From the NCBI GenBank assembly GCA_017514805.1, contig JAFWIP010000006.1:59976-123975 (forward strand): 64,000 bases of DNA, given 5' to 3'. Shown in pieces: positions 8,123-16,796 of this stretch. Positions within the stretch are counted from its first letter, which is position 1, and each line of letters opens with the position of its first letter. Both the position numbers and the translations under genes were made by a program. The stretch comes from Candidatus Saccharimonadota bacterium. GTDB lineage: Bacteria > Patescibacteriota > Saccharimonadia > Saccharimonadales > Saccharimonadaceae. The notes below the pieces were generated by a model. That model did not search any database. It worked only from the letters and a program-made list of their open reading frames with translations, and was not told where the DNA came from.

Positions 8123-10396
8123 ATGAGCAAGAACTTGGTAATAGTAGAGTCTCCAGCCAAAGCGCACACAATCGAGAAATACCTCGGTAGTGATTTTACT
8201 GTACTCGCAAGCGTCGGGCATATTCGCAAGGATACAAAGGTCGACAAGAATACTTTTGACGTCACTTATGAAGTTGATCCTGGCCACAAGAGTATTATTG
8301 CCGATCTTAAGAAAGCTGCTAAGGCCGCCGACAAAATCTGGCTCGCAACTGATGAAGACCGCGAAGGAGAAGCGATTTCTTGGCATCTCTGCGAGGTGCT
8401 TGGTTTGCCAAAAGATACTGCACGTATCACCTTCCACGAAATCACCAAACCAGCCCTTGAAGCCGCCATTAAATCACCACGCGTCGTCGATATGGACATG
8501 GTTGCCAGCCAACAGGCTCGCCAAACCCTCGATATGCTTGTCGGTTTTGATCTTTCCGGCGTTGTTCGTAAGAAAGTTCCAGGCGCCGTCTCTGCTGGTC
8601 GCGTCCAGAGCCCAGCTCTCCGCCTTATCGTCGAACGCGAGCAAGCTATTGAAAAATTCGCCAGCAAATATACCTACAAAGTCTCTGGCGATTTCGGGTT
8701 TCCCGCCAATCTAAATCACGATTTCGAGGACGAAGAACAAACTAAAGCCTTCCTTAATAAGCTTGTAGGCGCAGAATATACCGTATCAGCCGTCGAAACT
8801 ACGCCAGGCGAGCGCAAGCCACAACCGCCATTCACGACCGCATCAATGCAAATCGAAGCCAACTCTAAGCTCGGCTATAGCGCTAAGACCACTATGCAGG
8901 CCGCTCAGGCTCTCTATCAGGCTGGTCATATTACTTATCATCGTACCGATAGCCTAAACCTCAGCAAGCAAGCCATTGCAAGTATCTGCGGTTACGTCGA
9001 AGAAAACTACGGCAAGAATTATGTTAAATCTCGCAACTTCAAGACCAAGACCGCTGGCGCTCAGGAAGCGCACGAGGCTATCCGTCCAACCCATATTGAG
9101 ACCGAAGTTGCCGGCAAGAATGATTACGAAAAGCGCCTCTATGCTTTAATTCGCGCTCGCGCACTTGCGACACAGATGGCAGACGCTAAACTCGAAAAAA
9201 CTACCGTCAAAATCTCCACTCCAACCGAATATCTCTTTGAGGGGAAGGGCGAAGTTATTACTTTCGACGGCTTCCTCAAAGTTTATGGCCGCTTCAAAGA
9301 TTCCGAGCTGCCAAAGATGGCTATTGGCGACAAACTTACCGCCGCTAGTATTATTGCAAAACAGAATTACTCCAAGCCACCAGCCCGCTATACTGAAGGT
9401 TCACTCGTTAAAAAGCTCGAGGAACTCGGTATTGGCCGCCCATCTACTTATGCAACCATTATGACTGCCATTCAGGCCCGCGGCTACGTCGAAAAGGGCG
9501 AGAGCGAAGGCGAAGAGCGCGAAGTTACCGAATTTAAGCTTGAAAACGGCAAAATTACTGAAGAAAAAGTCACAGAAAAGTTCGGCGCAAACAAAGGTAA
9601 ACTCCTCCCAACCCCAATTGGCGAGCTGATTGCCGGCTTCCTAGTTGACCATTTTAAGAATATCGTCGACTACAAGTTTACCGCTATGATCGAAAAAGAC
9701 CTCGACCTCGTCGCCGAAGCAAAGCTCGATCGCGTCAAAATGCTCCGTGATTTTTATGGTCCATTTAATAACGAGGTCCTCGCTAGCGAGGGAATCGAAA
9801 GATATAACAACGCCCGTCTTCTCGGTCACGATCCAGATACCGGCAAAGCAATTTATGCCAAGGTCGGCAAAAACGGCGGTTTCATTCAGCTCGGCGAAAA
9901 CGAAAAGGAAACTGGAGAAAAACCACGTTTCGCACCGCTACCAAAGCGCAAATCTACCAAGACGGTCACACTTGAGCAGGCACTCAAACAGCTTGCACTA
10001 CCGCAATTGCCGCGCACGCTCGGCATGACCAAGGATGGCGTAGAGATTGTTGCTGCCGCTGGCCCATTTGGCCCATACCTAAAAGCCGGTAAATATAATA
10101 TCCCGCTCAAAGATCACGACCCATATACAATCACATTCGAAGAAGCAGAACCACTCTACGAAGCAAAACGCGATTCATATATTGCCGACTGGGGTGAGAT
10201 TCAAATCATTAACGGCGCTTACGGCCCATACGTAAAAGGCCCAGGTCGCCGCAACTTCGTCCGCATTCCTAAAGATGTCGATCCTAAAACTGTCACGAAA
10301 GAGCAGGCCGAGGAATATCTCGCCAACAAGCCAAAGAAAACTACGCGCCGCCCAGCTAAGCGCACACGCAAAACCGCTGCAAAAAAGACCAAATAA
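8123..10396 (+). CDS. topA: DNA topoisomerase I
   Basis: Toprim LVIVESPAKA, the DEDREGE motif, the active-site GHITYHRTDS, and a Lys-rich C-terminal tail. The start is at MSKNLVIV. Confidence 0.95.
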   Translation: MSKNLVIVESPAKAHTIEKYLGSDFTVLASVGHIRKDTKVDKNTFDVTYEVDPGHKSIIADLKKAAKAADKIWLATDEDREGEAISWHLCEVLGLPKDTARITFHEITKPALEAAIKSPRVVDMDMVASQQARQTLDMLVGFDLSGVVRKKVPGAVSAGRVQSPALRLIVEREQAIEKFASKYTYKVSGDFGFPANLNHDFEDEEQTKAFLNKLVGAEYTVSAVETTPGERKPQPPFTTASMQIEANSKLGYSAKTTMQAAQALYQAGHITYHRTDSLNLSKQAIASICGYVEENYGKNYVKSRNFKTKTAGAQEAHEAIRPTHIETEVAGKNDYEKRLYALIRARALATQMADAKLEKTTVKISTPTEYLFEGKGEVITFDGFLKVYGRFKDSELPKMAIGDKLTAASIIAKQNYSKPPARYTEGSLVKKLEELGIGRPSTYATIMTAIQARGYVEKGESEGEEREVTEFKLENGKITEEKVTEKFGANKGKLLPTPIGELIAGFLVDHFKNIVDYKFTAMIEKDLDLVAEAKLDRVKMLRDFYGPFNNEVLASEGIERYNNARLLGHDPDTGKAIYAKVGKNGGFIQLGENEKETGEKPRFAPLPKRKSTKTVTLEQALKQLALPQLPRTLGMTKDGVEIVAAAGPFGPYLKAGKYNIPLKDHDPYTITFEEAEPLYEAKRDSYIADWGEIQIINGAYGPYVKGPGRRNFVRIPKDVDPKTVTKEQAEEYLANKPKKTTRRPAKRTRKTAAKKTK

Positions 10397-10524
10397 TTAT
10401 TTATTTGCAATCTATCAGTTGGCATGCTATACTTCAAACGTGCGAGCTACTTGGCGCGTTAGTAATTCATCTGTTTCTATATAGGATTACAATTGACGCC
10501 GAGAGTGTGCGTTTACATAAGATT

Positions 10525-10740
10525 TAGTTAATTATCGAGTAGGGGATTGAGCAGTCGCTTCGTAGAGGATCGCCTTCTCTTTGAGCAATCACTTTTTCGA
10601 CTTATCGATACCCCTACCGTAATTAACCACTAAGGATTACGACCCCATAACATTTTACGGTATACCTAATAACATCTTACAGTAAACCCGCACGAACTTT
10701 CCACAACTAGGGGAGCATAATTATTATGCTCCCCATTTTT
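10525..10740 (+). ncRNA. candidate structured transcript (~200 nt), class unknown
   Basis: Closing helices are GTTAATTA 10527-10534 with TAATTAAC 10620-10627, and GTAGGGG 10539-10545 with CCCCTAC 10611-10617. It ends in an 11-bp hairpin plus T5 (10710-10740). Only a weak promoter is present (TTGACG at 10493). Confidence 0.3.
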
Positions 10741-10925
10741 CATGCCTCGATCATTACTTATTTTTCTCATTTCAGCTCCTATGCTAAGACATTTTTATGT
10801 CATATTTTTACCACAAGCGCTTTTACTAGATAACAATTCGCTAGCGTTTAAAAGTTTTTTAAAGTTTTTTTCGCTACAAGTCAAAATTCTGATATAATAA
10901 ATATTAAGTAAAGATACTTTGCTTG

Positions 10926-10954
10926 TTGACAACACAAACAAATGGTGTTAAAAT
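10926..10954 (+). promoter_or_regulatory. consensus-like promoter for the sigma-region-4 gene
   Basis: TTGACA (10926-10931), a 17-nt spacer ending in TGt, then TAAAAT (10949-10954). Confidence 0.65.
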
Positions 10955-11041
10955 TTTAAAAAATAAGATACGGAACGCCAGGATTTTGGCGGATTATTAT
11001 AATATAAAATAGACGGAAAGGTAAGGAAAAACGGCAGCATC

Positions 11042-12073
11042 ATGAACAATGCGGAAACGATTGCCAAAGCAATCTCGAACAGTCTAAACATCATCGAGCA
11101 AGAGCGCGAAAGAGAAATCATCTCGCGTCGATTCGGTCTTAACGGCCACAAGGAAACCCTTGAACAAATTGGCGAAATGTTATCTATTACGCGTGAGCGC
11201 GTCCGCCAGCTCGAAAAAGCAATTCTTATCCGTCTTAGAATTGCTGCCGAAGATGGCAAAATTAGCGATCTCGCCGCTGCCGAAAAGGTAATCATCCGTA
11301 ATCTTACTGAAATGGGCCGTGTAGCCCGCGTCAATGACTTAGCAAAGAAAATCCTTAATAAAGAGCCAAACGCCACCCAGAAAGCCGAATTTAGCTTCTT
11401 AGGCGAAATCTCACCAGCTCTTAGCATCGTCTCAGAGAACGATAAATACCATAGCGCAATCGGTATTGCCGAATACGGCACCGAAAAAGATATCCGCAAT
11501 AAGACCGACGAAATCGTCAGTGTTATTAAAGCAAACAAAGCTCCAATGACCGCCGATGATCTCGACGAAAAACTCAATTATGAGCACCCAAGCCAAATCG
11601 AAGCTATTGCTGGCGTCAGCAAGCTCCTCTCAACTCTAAATGGTCAGTGGGGTCTCGCAAAATGGCCAACCGTCAACCCAAAGAACATTCGCGATAAAAT
11701 CTTCGTAGTTCTCGAAAAGCGTAAAGAGCCAATGCACTTCAACGATATCGCAAAGGCTATCAGCTCTTCCGAATTCAAGCGCAAAGATGTCACTGTTCAG
11801 GCCATCCATAACGAACTTATCAAAGATTCTCGCTTCGTCCTCATCGGTCGCGGCATCTATGCTCTCGATAGCTGGGGTTACAGCAAGGGCACCGTTGCAG
11901 ATATCATCACCAAGATTCTTAAGAAAGCTGACGACGAAGGCCTTAGTCGTAAAGAAATCGTCAAGCAAGTTCTCAAAGAACGCAAAGTTAAGGAAACAAC
12001 CGTTCTCCTCAATCTTCAGAATAAAGAGCTCTACACTCGCGTAGGCAAAGATCACTACAAGCTTAGCGCCTAA
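11042..12073 (+). CDS. sigma-70 region-4 HTH protein fused to HARE-HTH/winged-helix domains (no region 2)
   Basis: EREIISRRFGL..ETLEQIGEMLSITRERVRQLEKAILIRLR is sigma region 4. EPMHFNDIAKAI...DSRFVLIGRGIYALDSWGY is HARE-HTH-like. Confidence 0.75.
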   Translation: MNNAETIAKAISNSLNIIEQEREREIISRRFGLNGHKETLEQIGEMLSITRERVRQLEKAILIRLRIAAEDGKISDLAAAEKVIIRNLTEMGRVARVNDLAKKILNKEPNATQKAEFSFLGEISPALSIVSENDKYHSAIGIAEYGTEKDIRNKTDEIVSVIKANKAPMTADDLDEKLNYEHPSQIEAIAGVSKLLSTLNGQWGLAKWPTVNPKNIRDKIFVVLEKRKEPMHFNDIAKAISSSEFKRKDVTVQAIHNELIKDSRFVLIGRGIYALDSWGYSKGTVADIITKILKKADDEGLSRKEIVKQVLKERKVKETTVLLNLQNKELYTRVGKDHYKLSA

Positions 12074-12077
12074 TTAC

Positions 12078-12105
12078 AAAAACTCCGCACGCTGCGGAGT
12101 TTTTT
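12078..12105 (+). terminator. intrinsic terminator
   Basis: ACTCCGCA-cgc-TGCGGAGT followed by TTTTT. Confidence 0.85.
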
Positions 12106-12160
12106 GTCGCCGTCCGAATATGCTAAAATAAGCATAAATAGTATCAAAAAGGATTTTTTA

Positions 12161-12877
12161 ATGGACAATAATACATTTCCACAGACGCCAGCGCCAGCAC
12201 CAACACCAACGCCGACGCCTATGTCGGAGCCAACTCCAGCACCGGCTCAAGAACCAATAGTAACGCCAGGGCCTACTCCGATGGCCACAACAACTCCAAT
12301 AACGACACCAGAGCCAATCTCTGAACCAGTCGCTACGCCGGCTCCAGCTACTACGCCTATGCCAGAACCAATCCCGGCCGCCACGATCAGTTCAACACCA
12401 GCACCAACCGCGCCAGAAATCGGCGCAACTATCGGTTCAAACATTGCAGCACCAACCGACATTAAGAAGAAAAATAAAATCAACTTCAAGTCACCACTTT
12501 TCATCGGTATTATCTGCGGAGGCGTCGTTCTTATTGCTGCGACAATCATCCTCGTTATTGTCCTAACTAGCCAAAACCCACTCGCAGGTACCTGGAAGCT
12601 CTCAAAGTACGAACGTGACGGCCAGACGCAAGACGTCAGTAGCATGGGTATCGAAATCTCCACGACTAGTGACCGCGAAGGGAAGTACAAATCTACCTAC
12701 GGATCCTCCTCCACGGAATATAAATTCCTCTACAACAACAACTATATCGTTGCCTGGGACGAAAATTCTTCTTACGGAACCGCAAGCGCCTTTAAATACG
12801 AAATCAAAGACGGCAAACTAATCCTAACCCCAAGCTCAGGCACAGGTTCAGATAAAGTATATCTAGAAAAGAAATAA
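12161..12877 (+). CDS. Pro/Thr-rich single-pass membrane protein with lipocalin-like C-terminal domain
   Basis: Start is moved to ATG 12161 because the track start lies inside the upstream terminator. It has PAPAPTPTPTP low complexity, one TM segment, and then GTWKLSKYERDG...KYEIKDGKLIL. Confidence 0.6.
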   Translation: MDNNTFPQTPAPAPTPTPTPMSEPTPAPAQEPIVTPGPTPMATTTPITTPEPISEPVATPAPATTPMPEPIPAATISSTPAPTAPEIGATIGSNIAAPTDIKKKNKINFKSPLFIGIICGGVVLIAATIILVIVLTSQNPLAGTWKLSKYERDGQTQDVSSMGIEISTTSDREGKYKSTYGSSSTEYKFLYNNNYIVAWDENSSYGTASAFKYEIKDGKLILTPSSGTGSDKVYLEKK

Positions 12878-12884
12878 GCCTTTC

Positions 12885-12916
12885 AAAAAACGCCAGCTTG
12901 TAACTGGCGATTTTTT
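12885..12916. terminator. bidirectional terminator
   Basis: AAAAAA-CGCCAG-cttgtaa-CTGGCG-aTTTTTT. Confidence 0.8.
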
Positions 12917-12922
12917 GGTATA

Positions 12923-14428
12923 TTATTTCGCACGATAACGATGAACTTTCGGTTTCGGCTCCTGCAGCCACAAAAACGCAAATTCTAGAATCGTAAATAG
13001 TGGCAAATAATTCAACAGATATCGCGAGCGTGCTTCCCAGATTATGAAGAATATAAATACGCCACAAACGCATAGTTTCAATATTGCCACGACTGGGTTA
13101 AAGCTCTTTAATGTTTTCCAACCGGCATATACAAACAGTAAGAGCATCATAAGATGTACGGCGCCCGTCACGAATGCTGTCGCCTCTCTGTGCTCGCCAT
13201 AAATAAAGTTCGCAATCAACGAGCCAGAGTCATACGGATTGCGCGATAGCTTATTCTGCGCATAATACATGCCATCACCCCAAGTGTAGGATATTTTTCG
13301 GGCGGCAAAAACCGTATAGCCACCCACGCCATAATCCGCCAAACGCTGCTTTATTTTATCTGTTTCAAACTGCTTTATGTCGCCACCTTCAGCAATCACA
13401 CGCGCCGCATCGCTCGCATCTTCATCATTAAAACCGCCATCACCCTTTAAGCCCATCGCTACGTAATGTGCAATCGGCACCGCCATTTCCGGATGCGACG
13501 ACTGACCGTCACGAAAGCTGTTCCATGCCAACGTTAGCGGGACAAAGCCAAGAATCGCAATTGTCATAATCGCAAGATAACGCGGAATCATTTCATACTT
13601 CAGTTTCAAAAGCATCACAATTGCAACGGCAATTACTAAAATCACCGCCGTCGCCTTTACTTGCATGCCGAAGAAACAAGCAATACCGAGCAATAATGCA
13701 AGAATCCTAGGATGCTTGCAGCCCTTATAGAGCTTCATTAATATAAAGAAGCTAAGCGCCACAAAAACCGCCGACAAAGTATCCGTATAATAAATCGGAG
13801 AATAGAGCAGCAGTGGTAATAATAAGATTGACGCTAGCATCAGCCAAAACAATGCACGCTCACGCCCAAGCCAAGTTCGAATCGCCAAATACGCAAACAG
13901 TACCGTCACAAACACTGCCGCCGCATTGACGGCCATCAAAATAATATGAGTATTGATACCCAAGCCAAGCACACGAATAATCTTCACGAAAGGAAATACG
14001 AAATATACCAATGATCGCTGGTATGGGTACCAATTATAGTAATAGTTATCCAAGTTCTTACCGGCCACCAAATCGTCCACACCAGAGCGCACAAACATCG
14101 GATCCCAAGAAAAATGCGCCACACATAACTTAACTGTAAAGTAAGCCACCATTCCGGCGATTAGTGCGAACCAAGCCAACTCAAGAATCAACATTTTTCG
14201 CTTTGACCAGCGTTCGATCTTCGGAATAAGCTTGCGATAGCCAAATAGCAGAGCCACTAATAAACCTGACGCAACAATTAATTCTAAGAAAAAGCCGCTT
14301 TTTGCGATCTCGCTACTTTCACCAAATAGGGCACAAAATACGATTACAGTCATTATTGTCGCAAAAACAATATTTGCCAGCCACATTAATCGTTTCTGCG
14401 CGCCAAGCTTCTGGATTTTAAGCCTCAT
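12923..14428 (-). CDS. polytopic membrane protein, GT-C-type (ArnT/PMT-like) glycosyltransferase candidate
   Basis: At least 10 predicted TM segments with one larger loop. It overlaps the upstream GT4 gene by 11 nt. I saw no specific catalytic motif. Confidence 0.45.
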   Translation of the reverse strand: MRLKIQKLGAQKRLMWLANIVFATIMTVIVFCALFGESSEIAKSGFFLELIVASGLLVALLFGYRKLIPKIERWSKRKMLILELAWFALIAGMVAYFTVKLCVAHFSWDPMFVRSGVDDLVAGKNLDNYYYNWYPYQRSLVYFVFPFVKIIRVLGLGINTHIILMAVNAAAVFVTVLFAYLAIRTWLGRERALFWLMLASILLLPLLLYSPIYYTDTLSAVFVALSFFILMKLYKGCKHPRILALLLGIACFFGMQVKATAVILVIAVAIVMLLKLKYEMIPRYLAIMTIAILGFVPLTLAWNSFRDGQSSHPEMAVPIAHYVAMGLKGDGGFNDEDASDAARVIAEGGDIKQFETDKIKQRLADYGVGGYTVFAARKISYTWGDGMYYAQNKLSRNPYDSGSLIANFIYGEHREATAFVTGAVHLMMLLLFVYAGWKTLKSFNPVVAILKLCVCGVFIFFIIWEARSRYLLNYLPLFTILEFAFLWLQEPKPKVHRYRAK

Positions 14429-15512
14429 ATACTGCCTCGAGTTTCTTTACGGTATTCTTAATATCGTATTCTAAAACTTTCGGCGCCTTCACTGCTTCGC
14501 CACGCTTCTTATTATCGTTCGGGACAATATGGCTCAGCCAATCACCGTTAAGGGGAATAAACTCCGACGAATCGATTAACTTCGTTTCTTCGGGGACGCT
14601 GTCACTGAATAGACATTTCATGCCGCAAGCTTGCGCCTCAACCCCAACCGTAGGTACGCCTTCGAATAGGGAAGGCATCACGAATACGTCCGACATCATA
14701 TAATAGCGTTCCACGTCCGCCTGAGCCGGGAGCAAAGTCACCGAGCTCTCCAAACGCTCACTTGCAATCTTATCCTCTAGCTCGTCATGAAGTGAACCGT
14801 CGCCGATAATAATTAAGTGCGCGTTTTTATGCTTACGCGAATAGTCACCAAAAATATCAATCAAATGGGTATGATTTTTGACGCGCTCAAGACGACCGAC
14901 GTTCAGTAGAATCACATCATTTTCGCCAAAATCACATTTTTCACGCATTTTATGTCGCGTATTCGAATTGAAGCGAAACTTCTGCAAATCAATACCGTTA
15001 TGAATAACCGTAAATTCCTGATTCTTGCCATACAAGAATTTACCAGCCGCTTCACCGCACGCTAAACGATGTGTCGCAAGCTTATTGAGGCGATGGCGAA
15101 GGTAAACACTAATTACGCGAACAATCTTAGAATCTAGCTTTTCATTATTTGAGCCATGCGAATGCGCGATGCGCTTCGTGGCACCACCTTTCTTTGCGCC
15201 GGCCAATGAAAGCGCCGACATAAAATCAATATGACTATGTACGGTATCATATTTATCGTCGCGAACAATCTTCGCAATATCGCGAATAAAACGATGTGGG
15301 CGCTTAAAACGATTATCCGTCACGTGATATAATTTCACGCCCATTTTCTTTAGCTCATCTTCAAAATCATATTTTTCTCCACTATGAGAGGGCATAAAAG
15401 TCACGATGCCAAACTGATACTTCTTTAAATCGAGATTGCGCAAAGAATTCATAATATACATTTCAGCGCCACCTCTGTCCATTCCGCCAATTACATGTAG
15501 GATTCTTTTCAT
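14418..15512 (-). CDS. glycosyltransferase family 4 (GT-B, group 1)
   Basis: MKRILHVIGGMDRGGAE N-terminus and the EX7E region PSLFEGVPTVGVEAQACG. Confidence 0.85.
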   Translation of the reverse strand: MKRILHVIGGMDRGGAEMYIMNSLRNLDLKKYQFGIVTFMPSHSGEKYDFEDELKKMGVKLYHVTDNRFKRPHRFIRDIAKIVRDDKYDTVHSHIDFMSALSLAGAKKGGATKRIAHSHGSNNEKLDSKIVRVISVYLRHRLNKLATHRLACGEAAGKFLYGKNQEFTVIHNGIDLQKFRFNSNTRHKMREKCDFGENDVILLNVGRLERVKNHTHLIDIFGDYSRKHKNAHLIIIGDGSLHDELEDKIASERLESSVTLLPAQADVERYYMMSDVFVMPSLFEGVPTVGVEAQACGMKCLFSDSVPEETKLIDSSEFIPLNGDWLSHIVPNDNKKRGEAVKAPKVLEYDIKNTVKKLEAVYEA

Positions 15513-16642
15513 CCCAAAACCTCCTTATAAATCTCACGCATTTCCGAAAGGGAATTATATAGACTATAACGCTCCGGAAAATCCAAATGGAATTTTTCTG
15601 GGTTTTTAATTGCTTCACGCATTTTTGCCGTCAAGCCCATCGTGTCATTAAGATTAAATAGATACTTCTTTTTGTCGTCTACAATATCGCGATGGCCGCG
15701 GTTATCAGCAATCAAAATCGGCAAACCGCAAAGCACGCCTTCGAGAACTCCTAGACCTAAGCCTTCGCGTTGACTGGCAGAAATATAAAGATTACAACCC
15801 TGCACTAATGCCGCAAAATTGTCGCGAATATAACCAGGCATTAATACCTGCCCGCTCACACCTAAGCGCTGCGCGAGATTGCGCACCTCGTTCATAAGTT
15901 CGCCTTCACCTAAAAATAGTAGCTTCAGCTTCTCATTCTGGCGCAATAATGGCGCCGCCGCTTCGACAATCATACGATGGTTTTTATTCGCCGTAAACTC
16001 TGCTATGTAAACGATAACGAAATCTTTTGCATCGATGCCGTATTTTTCACGCGCTTCACGGCGCTCAGCAAGTTTCGTTTTCTTGAATTTAGTCTTGTCT
16101 ACACCAGCACCATCAATCATCCGAACTGGACAAGAAAAATCCTTCTGCGCCCGATAATAATCCTCGCGATTTATCGTTACAAGCATATCGGTCTCTTTTG
16201 CCATCTTTTTCTCAACCGGATAATATAGACGCCAGTTCTGCCTTGGTGCGCCATCATAAAAGTGAAAACCGTGACAAGTATAAATTACTTTTGTACCTTT
16301 TTTACGCGCAGCTTTTGCCGCCATGCGCGTCACGATTGAGCCGACCGGCGTGTGTGTATGAATCGCGTCATAATCGCCTTCGTCAATAATCTTCTTTAAT
16401 TGTTTATAAGCTTTGACATGCTGATCGAAGCGTAGCGGACTACGCGCAAAATTTACTACAAAAACCTTATCAGCGTCCTGGATTCTTTCCTCATTCGCCG
16501 AGGCATAATGAACCTCCCAATCGCCAATATTTAAGCTAGAATAAGGCTTCTCTAGCTTACCGCGGAGCATTCTCATTAACGGGCGATTAAATTTCTGGAA
16601 ATTCGCCGTATGGGAAGTAAAAAGAATCTTTCGTTTTGCCAT
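15509..16642 (-). CDS. glycosyltransferase family 4 (GT-B, group 1)
   Basis: ASQREGLGLGVLEGVLCGLP is the EX7E region. A 4-nt overlap with the downstream GT4 gene suggests an operon. Confidence 0.85.
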   Translation of the reverse strand: MAKRKILFTSHTANFQKFNRPLMRMLRGKLEKPYSSLNIGDWEVHYASANEERIQDADKVFVVNFARSPLRFDQHVKAYKQLKKIIDEGDYDAIHTHTPVGSIVTRMAAKAARKKGTKVIYTCHGFHFYDGAPRQNWRLYYPVEKKMAKETDMLVTINREDYYRAQKDFSCPVRMIDGAGVDKTKFKKTKLAERREAREKYGIDAKDFVIVYIAEFTANKNHRMIVEAAAPLLRQNEKLKLLFLGEGELMNEVRNLAQRLGVSGQVLMPGYIRDNFAALVQGCNLYISASQREGLGLGVLEGVLCGLPILIADNRGHRDIVDDKKKYLFNLNDTMGLTAKMREAIKNPEKFHLDFPERYSLYNSLSEMREIYKEVLG

Positions 16643-16796
16643 TCCTTAAATTATACCACGCGCAAGAGAATTACGACTCCCTATAGACAAGAAGAAAAAA
16701 GTCTTACCTTGCTAAGCGAAAATCTCTGATATTAATATGTTTTCACTACGAAAGAATGGTAGTGTATTTTCTTCTTGTTTATGCTAAAATAACCTC

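Noticed and set aside
10948-11577. A 209-aa ORF antisense to the sigma-region-4 gene. Similar long antisense ORFs lie at 3169-3882, 17541-18206, 45985-46596 and 48203-48388 (poly-Ser).
   Set aside because: These are shadow ORFs. Each lies wholly inside a gene with clear motif-level homology on the other strand. They lack SD or promoter signals and have Ser/Leu/Arg/Ile-biased or low-complexity composition. The poly-Ser ORF is simply the complement of the poly-Asp codons.
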